Below, in pieces: positions 41,396 through 50,548 of a stretch of DNA of 64,000 nt (the first letter of the stretch is position 1; each line of letters starts with the position of its first letter). The stretch lies in IMG/VR virus record IMGVR_UViG_3300028603_000017, positions 96,001-160,000 of that record. The stretch is one strand, 5' to 3'. The notes under the pieces were generated by a model. It did not search any database. It saw only the letters and a program-made list of their open reading frames with translations, and was not told where the DNA came from. The position numbers were made by a program, and so were the translations under genes. Source of the DNA: a virus. Taxonomy: Duplodnaviria; Caudoviricetes.

Positions 41396-42117
41396 ATATA
41401 AAATCTCTTGTTAGGGATAGTGCTAAAGTATTTGCTGCCTTGCAAGAAATGAATGATGGTAAAGTAGTAGCGAAGCAGGATTGTAAGATTTATATTCCTG
41501 CTCGCTTTACTGAAAGAGGCTTAGCAGAACTAGGAGCTACAGATACTTACATCGTAGGTATCTGTAGCATCGTAGTCGATAGCTTTTATGCCGTCATGAA
41601 TGTTTGTGCTATGGTACGTATTGAGCCAGACGATATCAATCGTATCAAAATACAAGGTGACGAATACATTGAGTTTACTTTCTCTAAAGGCTCAACGATT
41701 ATAACGACTTTAGATCTGGTTAAGAATGACCAATTGGTTTATCGTATTTACGATGAAATCATATCTAAGGGTAGAGTGCCTTGGTACATGAGTTACAATG
41801 ACTTAGGTCATATCTTTGATACAGCCAAACATCACGCTGGTGCTAATATTGGTGAAAACCCTGAAGTCACTAAACTGATTGTTTCTATGATTGCTAGAGA
41901 TAGAAACGATAAATCTAAATATTATCGCACAGTAGCTCAAGAGCCTGATGTATTAAAGAAATATCCTCCTACCTTTATTGCTTTGAAGTCTGTGATTTAT
42001 GCTGCTACCAACACTTTGAATAAGTTAGCTGGCAGTTACTTCTCTACAGGCGTAGTATCTGCATTAGTAGAGCCAACTACTCGCAGTGAGCGAATTGACA
42101 CCATATTGAGAAGGTGA
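41392..42117 (+). CDS. Conserved phiKZ-family protein (gp176-like by synteny)
   Basis: KGRVPWYM and ATNTLNKLAGSYF; immediately upstream of the protease. Confidence 0.6.
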   Translation: MNIKSLVRDSAKVFAALQEMNDGKVVAKQDCKIYIPARFTERGLAELGATDTYIVGICSIVVDSFYAVMNVCAMVRIEPDDINRIKIQGDEYIEFTFSKGSTIITTLDLVKNDQLVYRIYDEIISKGRVPWYMSYNDLGHIFDTAKHHAGANIGENPEVTKLIVSMIARDRNDKSKYYRTVAQEPDVLKKYPPTFIALKSVIYAATNTLNKLAGSYFSTGVVSALVEPTTRSERIDTILRR

Positions 42118-42158
42118 TAAAATGTTATGAATAAATTCAATAACAAAGGCTAAGTGTC

Positions 42159-42923
42159 ATGAATGTTAAATTTGCTTGTACGCAATTAGCATCCAGTGGT
42201 AAGAAAGGTATTTTAGTACCGGATGAAAACGGTTATTACACAATGCCTGTTGGAGGCTTAAATGTCTTCAATAGTGCAGGTATGTATTATACTGCTGTCG
42301 GTGCTAAAGAGTTATTTGAAGGATCTAGCCAACTTATGCGTCGTGTTAAGCGCGGTGCATTAAGAGGTGAAGTAGGTCATCCTCAAAAACAACCTCGCCA
42401 ATCGGATGATGATTATTTAATGAGAATTCTAACCATTGACGAAAAGAATGTGTGTGCGCACTTTTCTGAATTGTGGTTAGACTTTGATAACTATAAAGAT
42501 ATCGATGGTAAACCCATGATTGCCATTATGGGTAAAGTTGCTCCCAGTGGTCCCTTTGGTGCAATGCTAAAGGCTTCTTTTGATAATCCCAAAGAAAACG
42601 TTTGTTTCTCTATCCGTAGTTTAACGGAAGATGTGTATAAGCGTGGTATTTGGGAGAGGACTTTAAGAAACGTAGTCACGTTCGACTATGTTAATGAGCC
42701 TGGTATTCATATTGCTGAAAAATATAAATCCACAGCCCTAGAAGGTTTTGGTGTGGAAACTCTGGTAGAAAAACCCATTACCAGAAACCAGCTAAAAAGA
42801 GCTATCACATCAGGTAGTGCTTCAACAGCTGCTTTGGAGAGTATTTCGCTTACCCCTGCGGAACTCTTCAGATCCTTAGGATGGTCGCTAGAAAGCGATA
42901 CTCCTTTCTCCTCAAAATGGTGA
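42159..42923 (+). CDS. Prohead (head maturation) protease (phiKZ gp175-like)
   Basis: LRGEVGHP (His), FSIRS (Ser), TFDYVNEPGI (Asp); C-terminal TALE and AALE candidate self-cleavage sites. Confidence 0.88.
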   Translation: MNVKFACTQLASSGKKGILVPDENGYYTMPVGGLNVFNSAGMYYTAVGAKELFEGSSQLMRRVKRGALRGEVGHPQKQPRQSDDDYLMRILTIDEKNVCAHFSELWLDFDNYKDIDGKPMIAIMGKVAPSGPFGAMLKASFDNPKENVCFSIRSLTEDVYKRGIWERTLRNVVTFDYVNEPGIHIAEKYKSTALEGFGVETLVEKPITRNQLKRAITSGSASTAALESISLTPAELFRSLGWSLESDTPFSSKW

Positions 42924-42964
42924 CATATTGGCTATAGGGTTCACAAGACCCTATAGCTTTTATG
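42924..42964 (+). terminator. CATA...TATG-flanked hairpin
   Basis: CATATT-GGCTATAGGGTT-CACAA-GACCCTATAGCT-TTTATG. Confidence 0.65.
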
Positions 42965-42992
42965 TTGATTTGATTTCAAATTAATATAAACT

Positions 42993-43000
42993 CATATTAC
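42993..43000 (+). promoter_or_regulatory. Candidate early (vRNAP) promoter core CATATTAC
   Basis: One mismatch to the phiKZ early motif TATATTAC; AT-rich upstream; precedes a non-structural gene; same octamer at 58464. Confidence 0.45.
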
Positions 43001-43094
43001 AATACTGGAATGTAATTACAATATTCGTGTAAAAATTACTTTACCTAACCATTATTGTGTAATATTCATTTTCTTTAAAGGACATTTTAAATTC

Positions 43095-43691
43095 ATGGAA
43101 TCCGTTTCCCTTAACGGCAAAGTTTACGGTCTAGACAAAGTTCTGGCTCTGGTTTCTCAATCTGCCAAAACGAATTATAATAAAGAACAGATTGCTGAAC
43201 TCAAGTCACTTGATACAGCTGTAATCAGTGACAAAACCAAACATCTAATCATTACGCCATTTGAAGGCGTAAATGTCGTCCTAGTCAAACCTAGCAATTA
43301 CGAAGAACAAATTGCTAAGGATAATGTGTCTGTTGCGTTTTACAGTAAGTTTCTGATAAAGAAACTCAATACTGAAAACGTGATTATCGATACAGCTCCT
43401 ATTGACAATCGTCCTCGATACGATAATCGAGATCGTTATGATCGCAATGATCGTCCTCGTACATATGAGCGCAGAGATGGTTATAGATCTGATAATCGAA
43501 ATGACACTAGGAATGACTCTAGGAGCTTTGATAGGAATCCTCGTCCTGCCATGAATCGCAGCTACGACAGCAGAGCGCCACAAAGCTCTGCTCCTAACAA
43601 TGGATTCAATAACAGCTCAAGACCACCACAAAGACCAAGACTATTTGATACTCCTCGCCCGAGTGTCAACCGAGAATCTCGTCAGCAATGA
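43095..43691 (+). CDS. Hypothetical protein with Arg/Asp/Asn-rich disordered C-terminal half
   Basis: RYDNRDRYDRNDRPRTYERRDGYRSDNRND... tail; AGGA RBS. Confidence 0.6.
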   Translation: MESVSLNGKVYGLDKVLALVSQSAKTNYNKEQIAELKSLDTAVISDKTKHLIITPFEGVNVVLVKPSNYEEQIAKDNVSVAFYSKFLIKKLNTENVIIDTAPIDNRPRYDNRDRYDRNDRPRTYERRDGYRSDNRNDTRNDSRSFDRNPRPAMNRSYDSRAPQSSAPNNGFNNSSRPPQRPRLFDTPRPSVNRESRQQ

Positions 43692-43795
43692 CTAGATAAA
43701 GACTACATACCTTAGTTCGCTATAGAGTCCTAGGGTGTGTAGTTTACTAACCAGGTAGAGATACCTATTTCAATTGAAACAAGGAAAGTTATATA

Positions 43796-44257
43796 ATGAG
43801 CAAGATCAAAGACGAAGTTAGCAGCCTGGCAGAAAAGCTCGGTAAGTCCTTTACCATTGACAAGAGCTCTGGCAAAGCAGAAGTCTCTGGTGATCCCTTC
43901 AAGGAGAACATGCCTGAAGGTATTACAGAAGAGCAAATCAAGTCGGTTGACGATTATCGCTATACTTTCATTGCAGCTACTGGCAAAGCTGTTGGTGAAG
44001 CTGCGGTGGCAGCAATGGCTAGCAATAAAAAGCTAGAAGCTGTTGAAGCTGCCTTCGGTATTGGCAACAAAGCAGAAGTCACTCACGAAGTACTTCGCAC
44101 AAAGACGGTATTTAACCCGTCTACCAAAGAAGAAACCACTAAGTATGGTGCTATGACCACCAAGGTCAAGACCGTACTGGACAATCAAAAGACGGGCCAA
44201 ATTGGTGCTGTTCGTGCATCAATTGGTGAGCTGGCTGTCTCCAAGCTGGCTAAGTAA
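43796..44257 (+). CDS. Conserved, probably abundant phiKZ-family protein
   Basis: 153 aa, AAGGA RBS, Lys/Ala-rich, GC-richer codon usage. Confidence 0.6.
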   Translation: MSKIKDEVSSLAEKLGKSFTIDKSSGKAEVSGDPFKENMPEGITEEQIKSVDDYRYTFIAATGKAVGEAAVAAMASNKKLEAVEAAFGIGNKAEVTHEVLRTKTVFNPSTKEETTKYGAMTTKVKTVLDNQKTGQIGAVRASIGELAVSKLAK

Positions 44258-44269
44258 GTCTTAAAGCCA

Positions 44270-44314
44270 CATAGGCTACAGTCATGATACCATTACGGTA
44301 TCATGACTGCTATG
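44270..44314. terminator. CATA...TATG-flanked hairpin
   Basis: CATAGGCTA-CAGTCATGATACC-ATTAC-GGTATCATGACTG-CTATG. Confidence 0.65.
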
Positions 44315-44358
44315 CTGGTAAAACAAATCATTTGAGAGCATAGGGCTCTACTTTTGTC

Positions 44359-44919
44359 TTGTCTTTTATTTTTGTGGTAATGTCCAATATATTAAACGAA
44401 TTACAAAACCCATCCGCTAGGATACCCAATAGCGAGATGATTGACATCAAAAAGGTAAAGGAAGAAATCTTTTTGATAAAGAAGAACTTTGATCAATACC
44501 ACAATAAAGCTTCTGTAGTTAAAACAGCTAGAGAATTCTTTATCGGAACGATTGATAAATATGACTGCAAAGACAGTCATTTAAAGGGACATAGGAATCC
44601 CAATCAAGTTGTAGAACAATATCATTTAAAGCATAAAAACTTTGATGTTGCTCTAACCATTAAAACTTATACACCTGCATCTGTTATCAGTGCTGATGTC
44701 ATGAATGTTAAAAGCATTCAGCAACTCAATCAGTTCATTGAAAAAGCAAAACCTTATTTCGGTCAAGAGTTTATGATTTATATCAGGAACTTTTGCCATA
44801 GCCTTATTACTTCAGCAGTAGACCATAAGTTTGACTGTTATACTGAAGAAGGTGAATTTTCATTTAGGTTTAGCGTACCTACTGCTAAACTCAATGTTGA
44901 GCTACTATTACTCAATTGA
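44359..44919 (+). CDS. Hypothetical protein (start uncertain, probably ATG near 44380)
   Basis: About 180 aa ORF between two hairpins. Confidence 0.45.
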   Translation: MSFIFVVMSNILNELQNPSARIPNSEMIDIKKVKEEIFLIKKNFDQYHNKASVVKTAREFFIGTIDKYDCKDSHLKGHRNPNQVVEQYHLKHKNFDVALTIKTYTPASVISADVMNVKSIQQLNQFIEKAKPYFGQEFMIYIRNFCHSLITSAVDHKFDCYTEEGEFSFRFSVPTAKLNVELLLLN

Positions 44920-44922
44920 CAA

Positions 44923-44959
44923 CATACTCCCACTAGCCATTAGGCTAGTGGGAGCTATG
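44923..44959. terminator. CATA...TATG-flanked hairpin between convergent genes
   Basis: CATA-CTCCCACTAGCC-ATTA-GGCTAGTGGGAG-CTATG. Confidence 0.7.
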
Positions 44960-44974
44960 CTGCTTATTTATTTT

Positions 44975-46654
44975 TTATGCTTCGTAAATAGGCATACCAG
45001 AAGTACCTAGGAGGACATCACCTGCTGGTGTTCTTTGAATCCACTCAATGAATAGAGTATCGTTGATAGTAAGACCGCTAGCAATAGTCAATAAGTCATT
45101 CCAAGCAGATACTGGGAATTCATAGCGAGCACTACCTACCACAATAGCAAAGAAGTTAGGCGTAGGTGCCTTGATTTCTCGCTTATTGTCGTATAGAGGT
45201 TTGGTATTGAAATACAGACGCTCTAACCACTCGTTAAGAGAAGTAGCACCTGTTCTTAAATTAATACGTGTAGCAGTAGCTGATAAGAGAGTTACTCTAG
45301 CAGCAATGTCTACACCATACGGATTAACTTGTGTAGGATCAAATTTAATGGTCCAGTTAGTAGTTCTAGCAGTACCAGGCTCTTTAAGCAATACATCCAC
45401 ATTCTGAATATAGATATATGAGCTAAAGGACGGAGATACATCTCTTAGATTGACTCTAACACTCAGAGGCTGTGTAACACCTAAGGTAGTGCCATTAAAG
45501 GACTGAGATGGTGAATTGTAAGAAATGAACGGAGTTACATCAAAAGATATATCTCTATCCAGATTATACATAAACCAACGCAGAGAATATCCTGTTACTT
45601 CATCTACCCATTCAGGATAACAGAACAGCTTAACAGAGAAAGCACCTACTTGGTTGGTAGTCACTAGTTTATAGGGAGCTACAACAAACTTACCATCACC
45701 AGATACAGCACCATAAGCTGTTTCATTAGAATCTAGCGTATAAGATAAGACCAAATTAACTTGCTGACCTACTACGGTAGCTACATATCTTTCTAAACCT
45801 AAGATCTTAAACTTAGAATTATCTACAGGCATCTCTAGTTTAGTGCCATCAGAGTAATGGACTACACCTGTCATATTAAACGCTTGTAGCGGAATATTGA
45901 TAGGATACTCTAGGGTATTAGAATCAGTTTGTGACAGGAATGGTGACTTCAGAGAAATATGGGAAACATATTTCTGAGAAACATTGACACTCCTGATGAA
46001 AGAGGTATTTTCTACCAATAGTTGTTGTTTAGAGACAACATGTCCTTCATCATCATAAATAACTGCTGTAACAACTTCGTTGTCTGGTAGTTGTTGGTTG
46101 GTATAAGCTACCGACACTGTCTTGATAGAGTAGTTCGTATGTGAATCTATGGCTACTAACTCTAGTGGAATATTCTGAGTTAAGAATGTACCATTTTGAT
46201 CATATAAGAACGCAATGACTTCACCAGCTGTAGATAAAGTAGAGCCTCTGAAGATCTTACAGTAACTAGCCATTGTACCAGCTACTCTTAGACGTGTGTC
46301 TACAGCCAACACATGAGGCGTTACAGAAGTATCTAGATAGATACGGTAAGTATCGGCTTGTGTGCCAGGTCCTACACCTACGAGTCTGTCAGTAATAGAA
46401 ATATTACCGGATGATCCAGGCCTGGTAATAGGCAGCAGCGTAGGTATTAGTGTAACTTCATCTATTGCTGAAACAATATAAGTAATGAAATCTTCTGTAT
46501 CTTCTACGTAATCGCCTATCTTAGGAACATACCTTTTGTAGCCTACCGTACCGTCATAAATTTCTTTAAGATTCCACCAGCACCATCTGGCTGTTGGATC
46601 ATATACTGGAACTATGCCGTCGGTTCCAGTAATACCTGCTGTTGATATTGGCAT
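44975..46654 (-). CDS. Virion baseplate/structural protein (phiKZ gp26-like)
   Basis: 559 aa, beta-rich; third gene of the operon divergent from the sheath gene. Confidence 0.6.
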   Translation of the reverse strand: MPISTAGITGTDGIVPVYDPTARWCWWNLKEIYDGTVGYKRYVPKIGDYVEDTEDFITYIVSAIDEVTLIPTLLPITRPGSSGNISITDRLVGVGPGTQADTYRIYLDTSVTPHVLAVDTRLRVAGTMASYCKIFRGSTLSTAGEVIAFLYDQNGTFLTQNIPLELVAIDSHTNYSIKTVSVAYTNQQLPDNEVVTAVIYDDEGHVVSKQQLLVENTSFIRSVNVSQKYVSHISLKSPFLSQTDSNTLEYPINIPLQAFNMTGVVHYSDGTKLEMPVDNSKFKILGLERYVATVVGQQVNLVLSYTLDSNETAYGAVSGDGKFVVAPYKLVTTNQVGAFSVKLFCYPEWVDEVTGYSLRWFMYNLDRDISFDVTPFISYNSPSQSFNGTTLGVTQPLSVRVNLRDVSPSFSSYIYIQNVDVLLKEPGTARTTNWTIKFDPTQVNPYGVDIAARVTLLSATATRINLRTGATSLNEWLERLYFNTKPLYDNKREIKAPTPNFFAIVVGSARYEFPVSAWNDLLTIASGLTINDTLFIEWIQRTPAGDVLLGTSGMPIYEA

Positions 46655-46667
46655 TTTATTTCCCGAA

Positions 46668-49250
46668 TTAAGCTATTATGAGAAATGGTGATAGCGATAC
46701 CAGTCCTCTGGTATAAGTTCTATTGATCAAATCAATAAACCGATACGTATTAAGAGGAACACCTAATACCACGCTATACGCATGTGGATGAATGATCACA
46801 TAACGATCATCTACTGCTTGTTCTTCCTGAGTAGGATCAAACTTAAGCAGATATTCATATTGTTTACAGATTCTAAGTGCTTCAGCTTTATTGTGGATTT
46901 TATCCTCAATAATCAATACTGAGTTGACTAAATCGTGCAATATCTTAGCTATAAAAGGAGAATAGATAGGGTATCTATTTTCAATAGCTGTAGGAGCAGG
47001 TCTGGGAGGCTGAGGTATTTTCTTAGATAAATAATCCGATACGATATTATCAATCTCTACAGACTTATTCCTAAGTGTATAAGTATCATCTACAGCAATG
47101 CCTCTTAGAGGAACAACAATGTCCTTAATCTGATAAGGTTTACCATTTAGAGGATCTAATGTTGATACACCAGAGTGAAATTCAGAAAAAACTAAATCAT
47201 CTCTGGTCTTTAAATCACCATCCATTGTAATTCTAAGCACCTTATCATCTCTGATGTTGTATCTGTAGTTATTTGATAAAACACCATGCTCCACAAAACC
47301 TACATCATTGATTTCATTGAGCTGTAGCTCTTTAGTACAAAAACCAGTAAACCTGACATGAACATCCTGAGCTTCATTCAAAGGATCAATAAGGTATTCT
47401 TTATTATTGATAATGATTTCAGGAAACTGTAGTACATAGTCGAGATTTCTGATCAGAGACTTACCATTAAGAAACACATCTATTTCTCCCATAGGCACTT
47501 GCATGACCCAGTTCGATATAGTGTTATTTCTATTTTGTAAATGATTGAGCGTTAGTTTTAATTGACCGCCTTCAAAAGATACTTGAGTATCATAAGCTAG
47601 AAAATGGGAATTAAATCTAACCATTGGATAATTGGTAGGATTTTCATCTAACCAATGAATTCTACCATTATCTAAAGAATACTTGCCTTCAGCTTCAGTA
47701 ATATCAATGAAGTTATTATCAGGAGAGCCAGCTACTCTTTTGCACTGATATACTCTAAAGTCATATTCTCTCACATAAGGTGTTGATGTAAAGCCGTATG
47801 TCTCATTGAGAATATTTCCACCTTTACCACCAATGAATTCAACCAAGGCAGCATCTTGGCTAGCGCACATGTATCTAGTGCCGTGTGAGTGAAAGTGCCA
47901 TCCAATCATCTTACCATTGGTGTCATACTCGTAAGCTGTACATCCCTTTTGCAACACATATGGAACATTAGCTGCTTTTAAGCCTGAAAAGATGTAAGTT
48001 TCACTAGGTGTATTACCAGAGATAAAACTAATACCATTATACCCGTAACCGTCTTGCACCATTGTTCTGGTAATACTGTTAGAGGTAGAACGCATGATTC
48101 TGGTATAGTCTGAATTCTCTAGAACCTCAGCTCTCCAGTTAGATACAGTCGAGTCAATACCTAACATAGCTTTGGCTATGTCTTCATCTTGCATTCTATA
48201 CAGTTCATGAATTCTATTATTCTCGTAAATCAAAGACCTTTGATAGCCTGATTTACGGATATGTAGTCTTAAATAAATCTGATCAGATGTAATAACTTCA
48301 CCAGCTTGAGCTAAAGACTGAAGTTTAGACATATATCTAACCACATATTGAACTACAGCAGAGTAGTCTCTATGGGTTAAATTCCTAAAAGAATCTGCAT
48401 TGTTCTTATGATAGAATAATCCTGAGTGTCTATCAGAGCCTTCATCTTTTAATACAAAGACATCGATATCGTCTTGATAATCAATAGTTCCATTATCCTC
48501 ACCAGCATAATGGAGCATGTATTTTCTTTTAGCGTCTAAGATAGATTCAAAGGTTAAAAGATCGGATACTAAGAAATCAACAACTTTATAAATAGATGAA
48601 TCATAAACAAATTCAGCTGTATCACCAACAGCAACATTAACCAGATCAATCTTATCGACTTTTAGTCCATTTACAAAAGCATAAGTCTGACCTTCTAGTG
48701 CTGTGTAGTCATCATAATCTGATTGTAAATCCAATATGTCTTGGGTAGAAGTTATTTTTGTACCTTTGACAAATATAAAGTCATCTGTATTATGAGCTCT
48801 TTCAGTGACGAAATATTCATTAGAATAAAGTCTTAAATAAATATTATCTTCGTTAAACCTAAAAGGTATATTGTCGTTTCTTTTGATAGCTACCAATAGG
48901 TTTCTATTTTGAGTATAGCAATAAAAAGATTCAAAGCGAGGTAGCTGAACACCATCTACATTGTAAATATCACAAACAAGCTTTTGGATATTGCAAGCTG
49001 ACTCAAAACTCATCCATTCACCAACCTTAGGATAAAGTCCTAAAATGAGAGGATGGATCTGACCTATTTGAAATAAATGCCAAGTAGAGTTTTGGTCTGG
49101 TAAAGCCATATAGTTCCAAAGAACCTTAAATTGTTTCTTGGCTCCACCGTATGGTGTTATCTTAGCTAACTCAAATATAGCTTGAGTATCTTGATCAGGT
49201 GTGCACCAAACATTTTTTAGTGCGTGATCTCGTAAAAAATCATAGGCCAC
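46668..49250 (-). CDS. Virion baseplate/structural protein (phiKZ gp27-like)
   Basis: NVWCTPDQD.Q, IDYQDDID, THRDYS and FLNGKSLI..LDY motifs; GTG start. Confidence 0.65.
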   Translation of the reverse strand: MAYDFLRDHALKNVWCTPDQDTQAIFELAKITPYGGAKKQFKVLWNYMALPDQNSTWHLFQIGQIHPLILGLYPKVGEWMSFESACNIQKLVCDIYNVDGVQLPRFESFYCYTQNRNLLVAIKRNDNIPFRFNEDNIYLRLYSNEYFVTERAHNTDDFIFVKGTKITSTQDILDLQSDYDDYTALEGQTYAFVNGLKVDKIDLVNVAVGDTAEFVYDSSIYKVVDFLVSDLLTFESILDAKRKYMLHYAGEDNGTIDYQDDIDVFVLKDEGSDRHSGLFYHKNNADSFRNLTHRDYSAVVQYVVRYMSKLQSLAQAGEVITSDQIYLRLHIRKSGYQRSLIYENNRIHELYRMQDEDIAKAMLGIDSTVSNWRAEVLENSDYTRIMRSTSNSITRTMVQDGYGYNGISFISGNTPSETYIFSGLKAANVPYVLQKGCTAYEYDTNGKMIGWHFHSHGTRYMCASQDAALVEFIGGKGGNILNETYGFTSTPYVREYDFRVYQCKRVAGSPDNNFIDITEAEGKYSLDNGRIHWLDENPTNYPMVRFNSHFLAYDTQVSFEGGQLKLTLNHLQNRNNTISNWVMQVPMGEIDVFLNGKSLIRNLDYVLQFPEIIINNKEYLIDPLNEAQDVHVRFTGFCTKELQLNEINDVGFVEHGVLSNNYRYNIRDDKVLRITMDGDLKTRDDLVFSEFHSGVSTLDPLNGKPYQIKDIVVPLRGIAVDDTYTLRNKSVEIDNIVSDYLSKKIPQPPRPAPTAIENRYPIYSPFIAKILHDLVNSVLIIEDKIHNKAEALRICKQYEYLLKFDPTQEEQAVDDRYVIIHPHAYSVVLGVPLNTYRFIDLINRTYTRGLVSLSPFLIIA

Positions 49251-49256
49251 AGCTTA

Positions 49257-50213
49257 TCAGTCCTCGTTAATTAGTGATACCAAAGATCTGACAAAATCGT
49301 TTTCTCCCTTAGAACCTAGGTATCTGTAGGCTATTTTAGAGATAACAGTATTTTTGTAAGACTTCTCAGTAAATGCAGCATATACCAAAGCTATCCAGGT
49401 AGGAGGATGCTCCAGAGCAACGGCGATCATCTCTCTAGCATTAGTACCAAACCAACTGGCAATTAGCAAGTTAACCAAAATACCTTCTTCGAAAGCTTGT
49501 AGTCTGTTGTTCTCAGTAATTTCTTTAACTTGAGCACAAAAGTCTTTAATACCAGTCATAGGAGCTATTTTAGAAAAGACTTCTTCTACCAATATAGCTG
49601 GAAATCTTAAAGACTTCATGGTTGAGGCTGTTAGTCTATTAACCTCACCACTATCGAGTTCCTCTCTAGGAATAAATAAAGAATAGTAGTAATAGCAAGC
49701 TATAATAGCAATAATGGCTTGATCTCTAGCAGATAGTCCAAAGCGTTTAGAGACAGATTCAGATATCCAATGAGCAAATACTGCCATAGGTACAAATGAA
49801 ATCTCTCTTAGAGTTAAAGGATTTTTATCAATCCAAATAAGATTGGTAGCCATTCTAAGCTTGGCTAGAGATAGCTCCATCCTGTTTCTGATCCTAAGAG
49901 CTTCATCTGTGATATCTTGATTCATCGCATTTTTATTATAAATGGCGAACGGTCTAATATCTATACATAAAGCTTTTTCATCCCTTTCAGCCAAATCTAC
50001 TAAAATAGGATGATTGAAAAAAGGTATCTGAGCTTCTGAATCAGTCTGACCTGCTACAAACCAAGGAATGGTTTTATAATCATTTTCTTGAATAAGACCA
50101 TAAGTGTGGTGAAAAGCTCCATCTCTGATAGCAGATTCTTGGATAGCTTTGATCACTTTATGCATCTGAAAAGACTTACCTACGGTAGTATCGTACGCTG
50201 TGCGGTAGAACAT
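49257..50213 (-). CDS. Virion structural protein (phiKZ gp28-like)
   Basis: TAYDTT, IP.F.HP and VALEHPPTW; divergent from the sheath gene. Confidence 0.6.
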   Translation of the reverse strand: MFYRTAYDTTVGKSFQMHKVIKAIQESAIRDGAFHHTYGLIQENDYKTIPWFVAGQTDSEAQIPFFNHPILVDLAERDEKALCIDIRPFAIYNKNAMNQDITDEALRIRNRMELSLAKLRMATNLIWIDKNPLTLREISFVPMAVFAHWISESVSKRFGLSARDQAIIAIIACYYYYSLFIPREELDSGEVNRLTASTMKSLRFPAILVEEVFSKIAPMTGIKDFCAQVKEITENNRLQAFEEGILVNLLIASWFGTNAREMIAVALEHPPTWIALVYAAFTEKSYKNTVISKIAYRYLGSKGENDFVRSLVSLINED

Positions 50214-50548
50214 TAGTATTTCTCTTTTCTTAAAATTACAAAAAATATTTACAGTTTTAATGATATTTAATGGCTGAATTCTTATTCTATGTTATCTTAT
50301 AAGACTTCAAAGGTGACACTTTTATTATTCATGTCTTAAAAGTAAACTGTAAATTTATATAGAGAGTTATTTGCTCTTATTAACAATATCTAGTGATATA
50401 AGCAAAAACTAATCACATAATTTTGTTAAATCTATTCGAATACTAGTTTTCTAGGGATTTGAGTCAAGATAATAAGGCAAGCAAATAATTGCTCTGATAT
50501 GGATGACTCAGATCCTGGACTTCATTTCTTTTATTGCAAGGAAATAAC

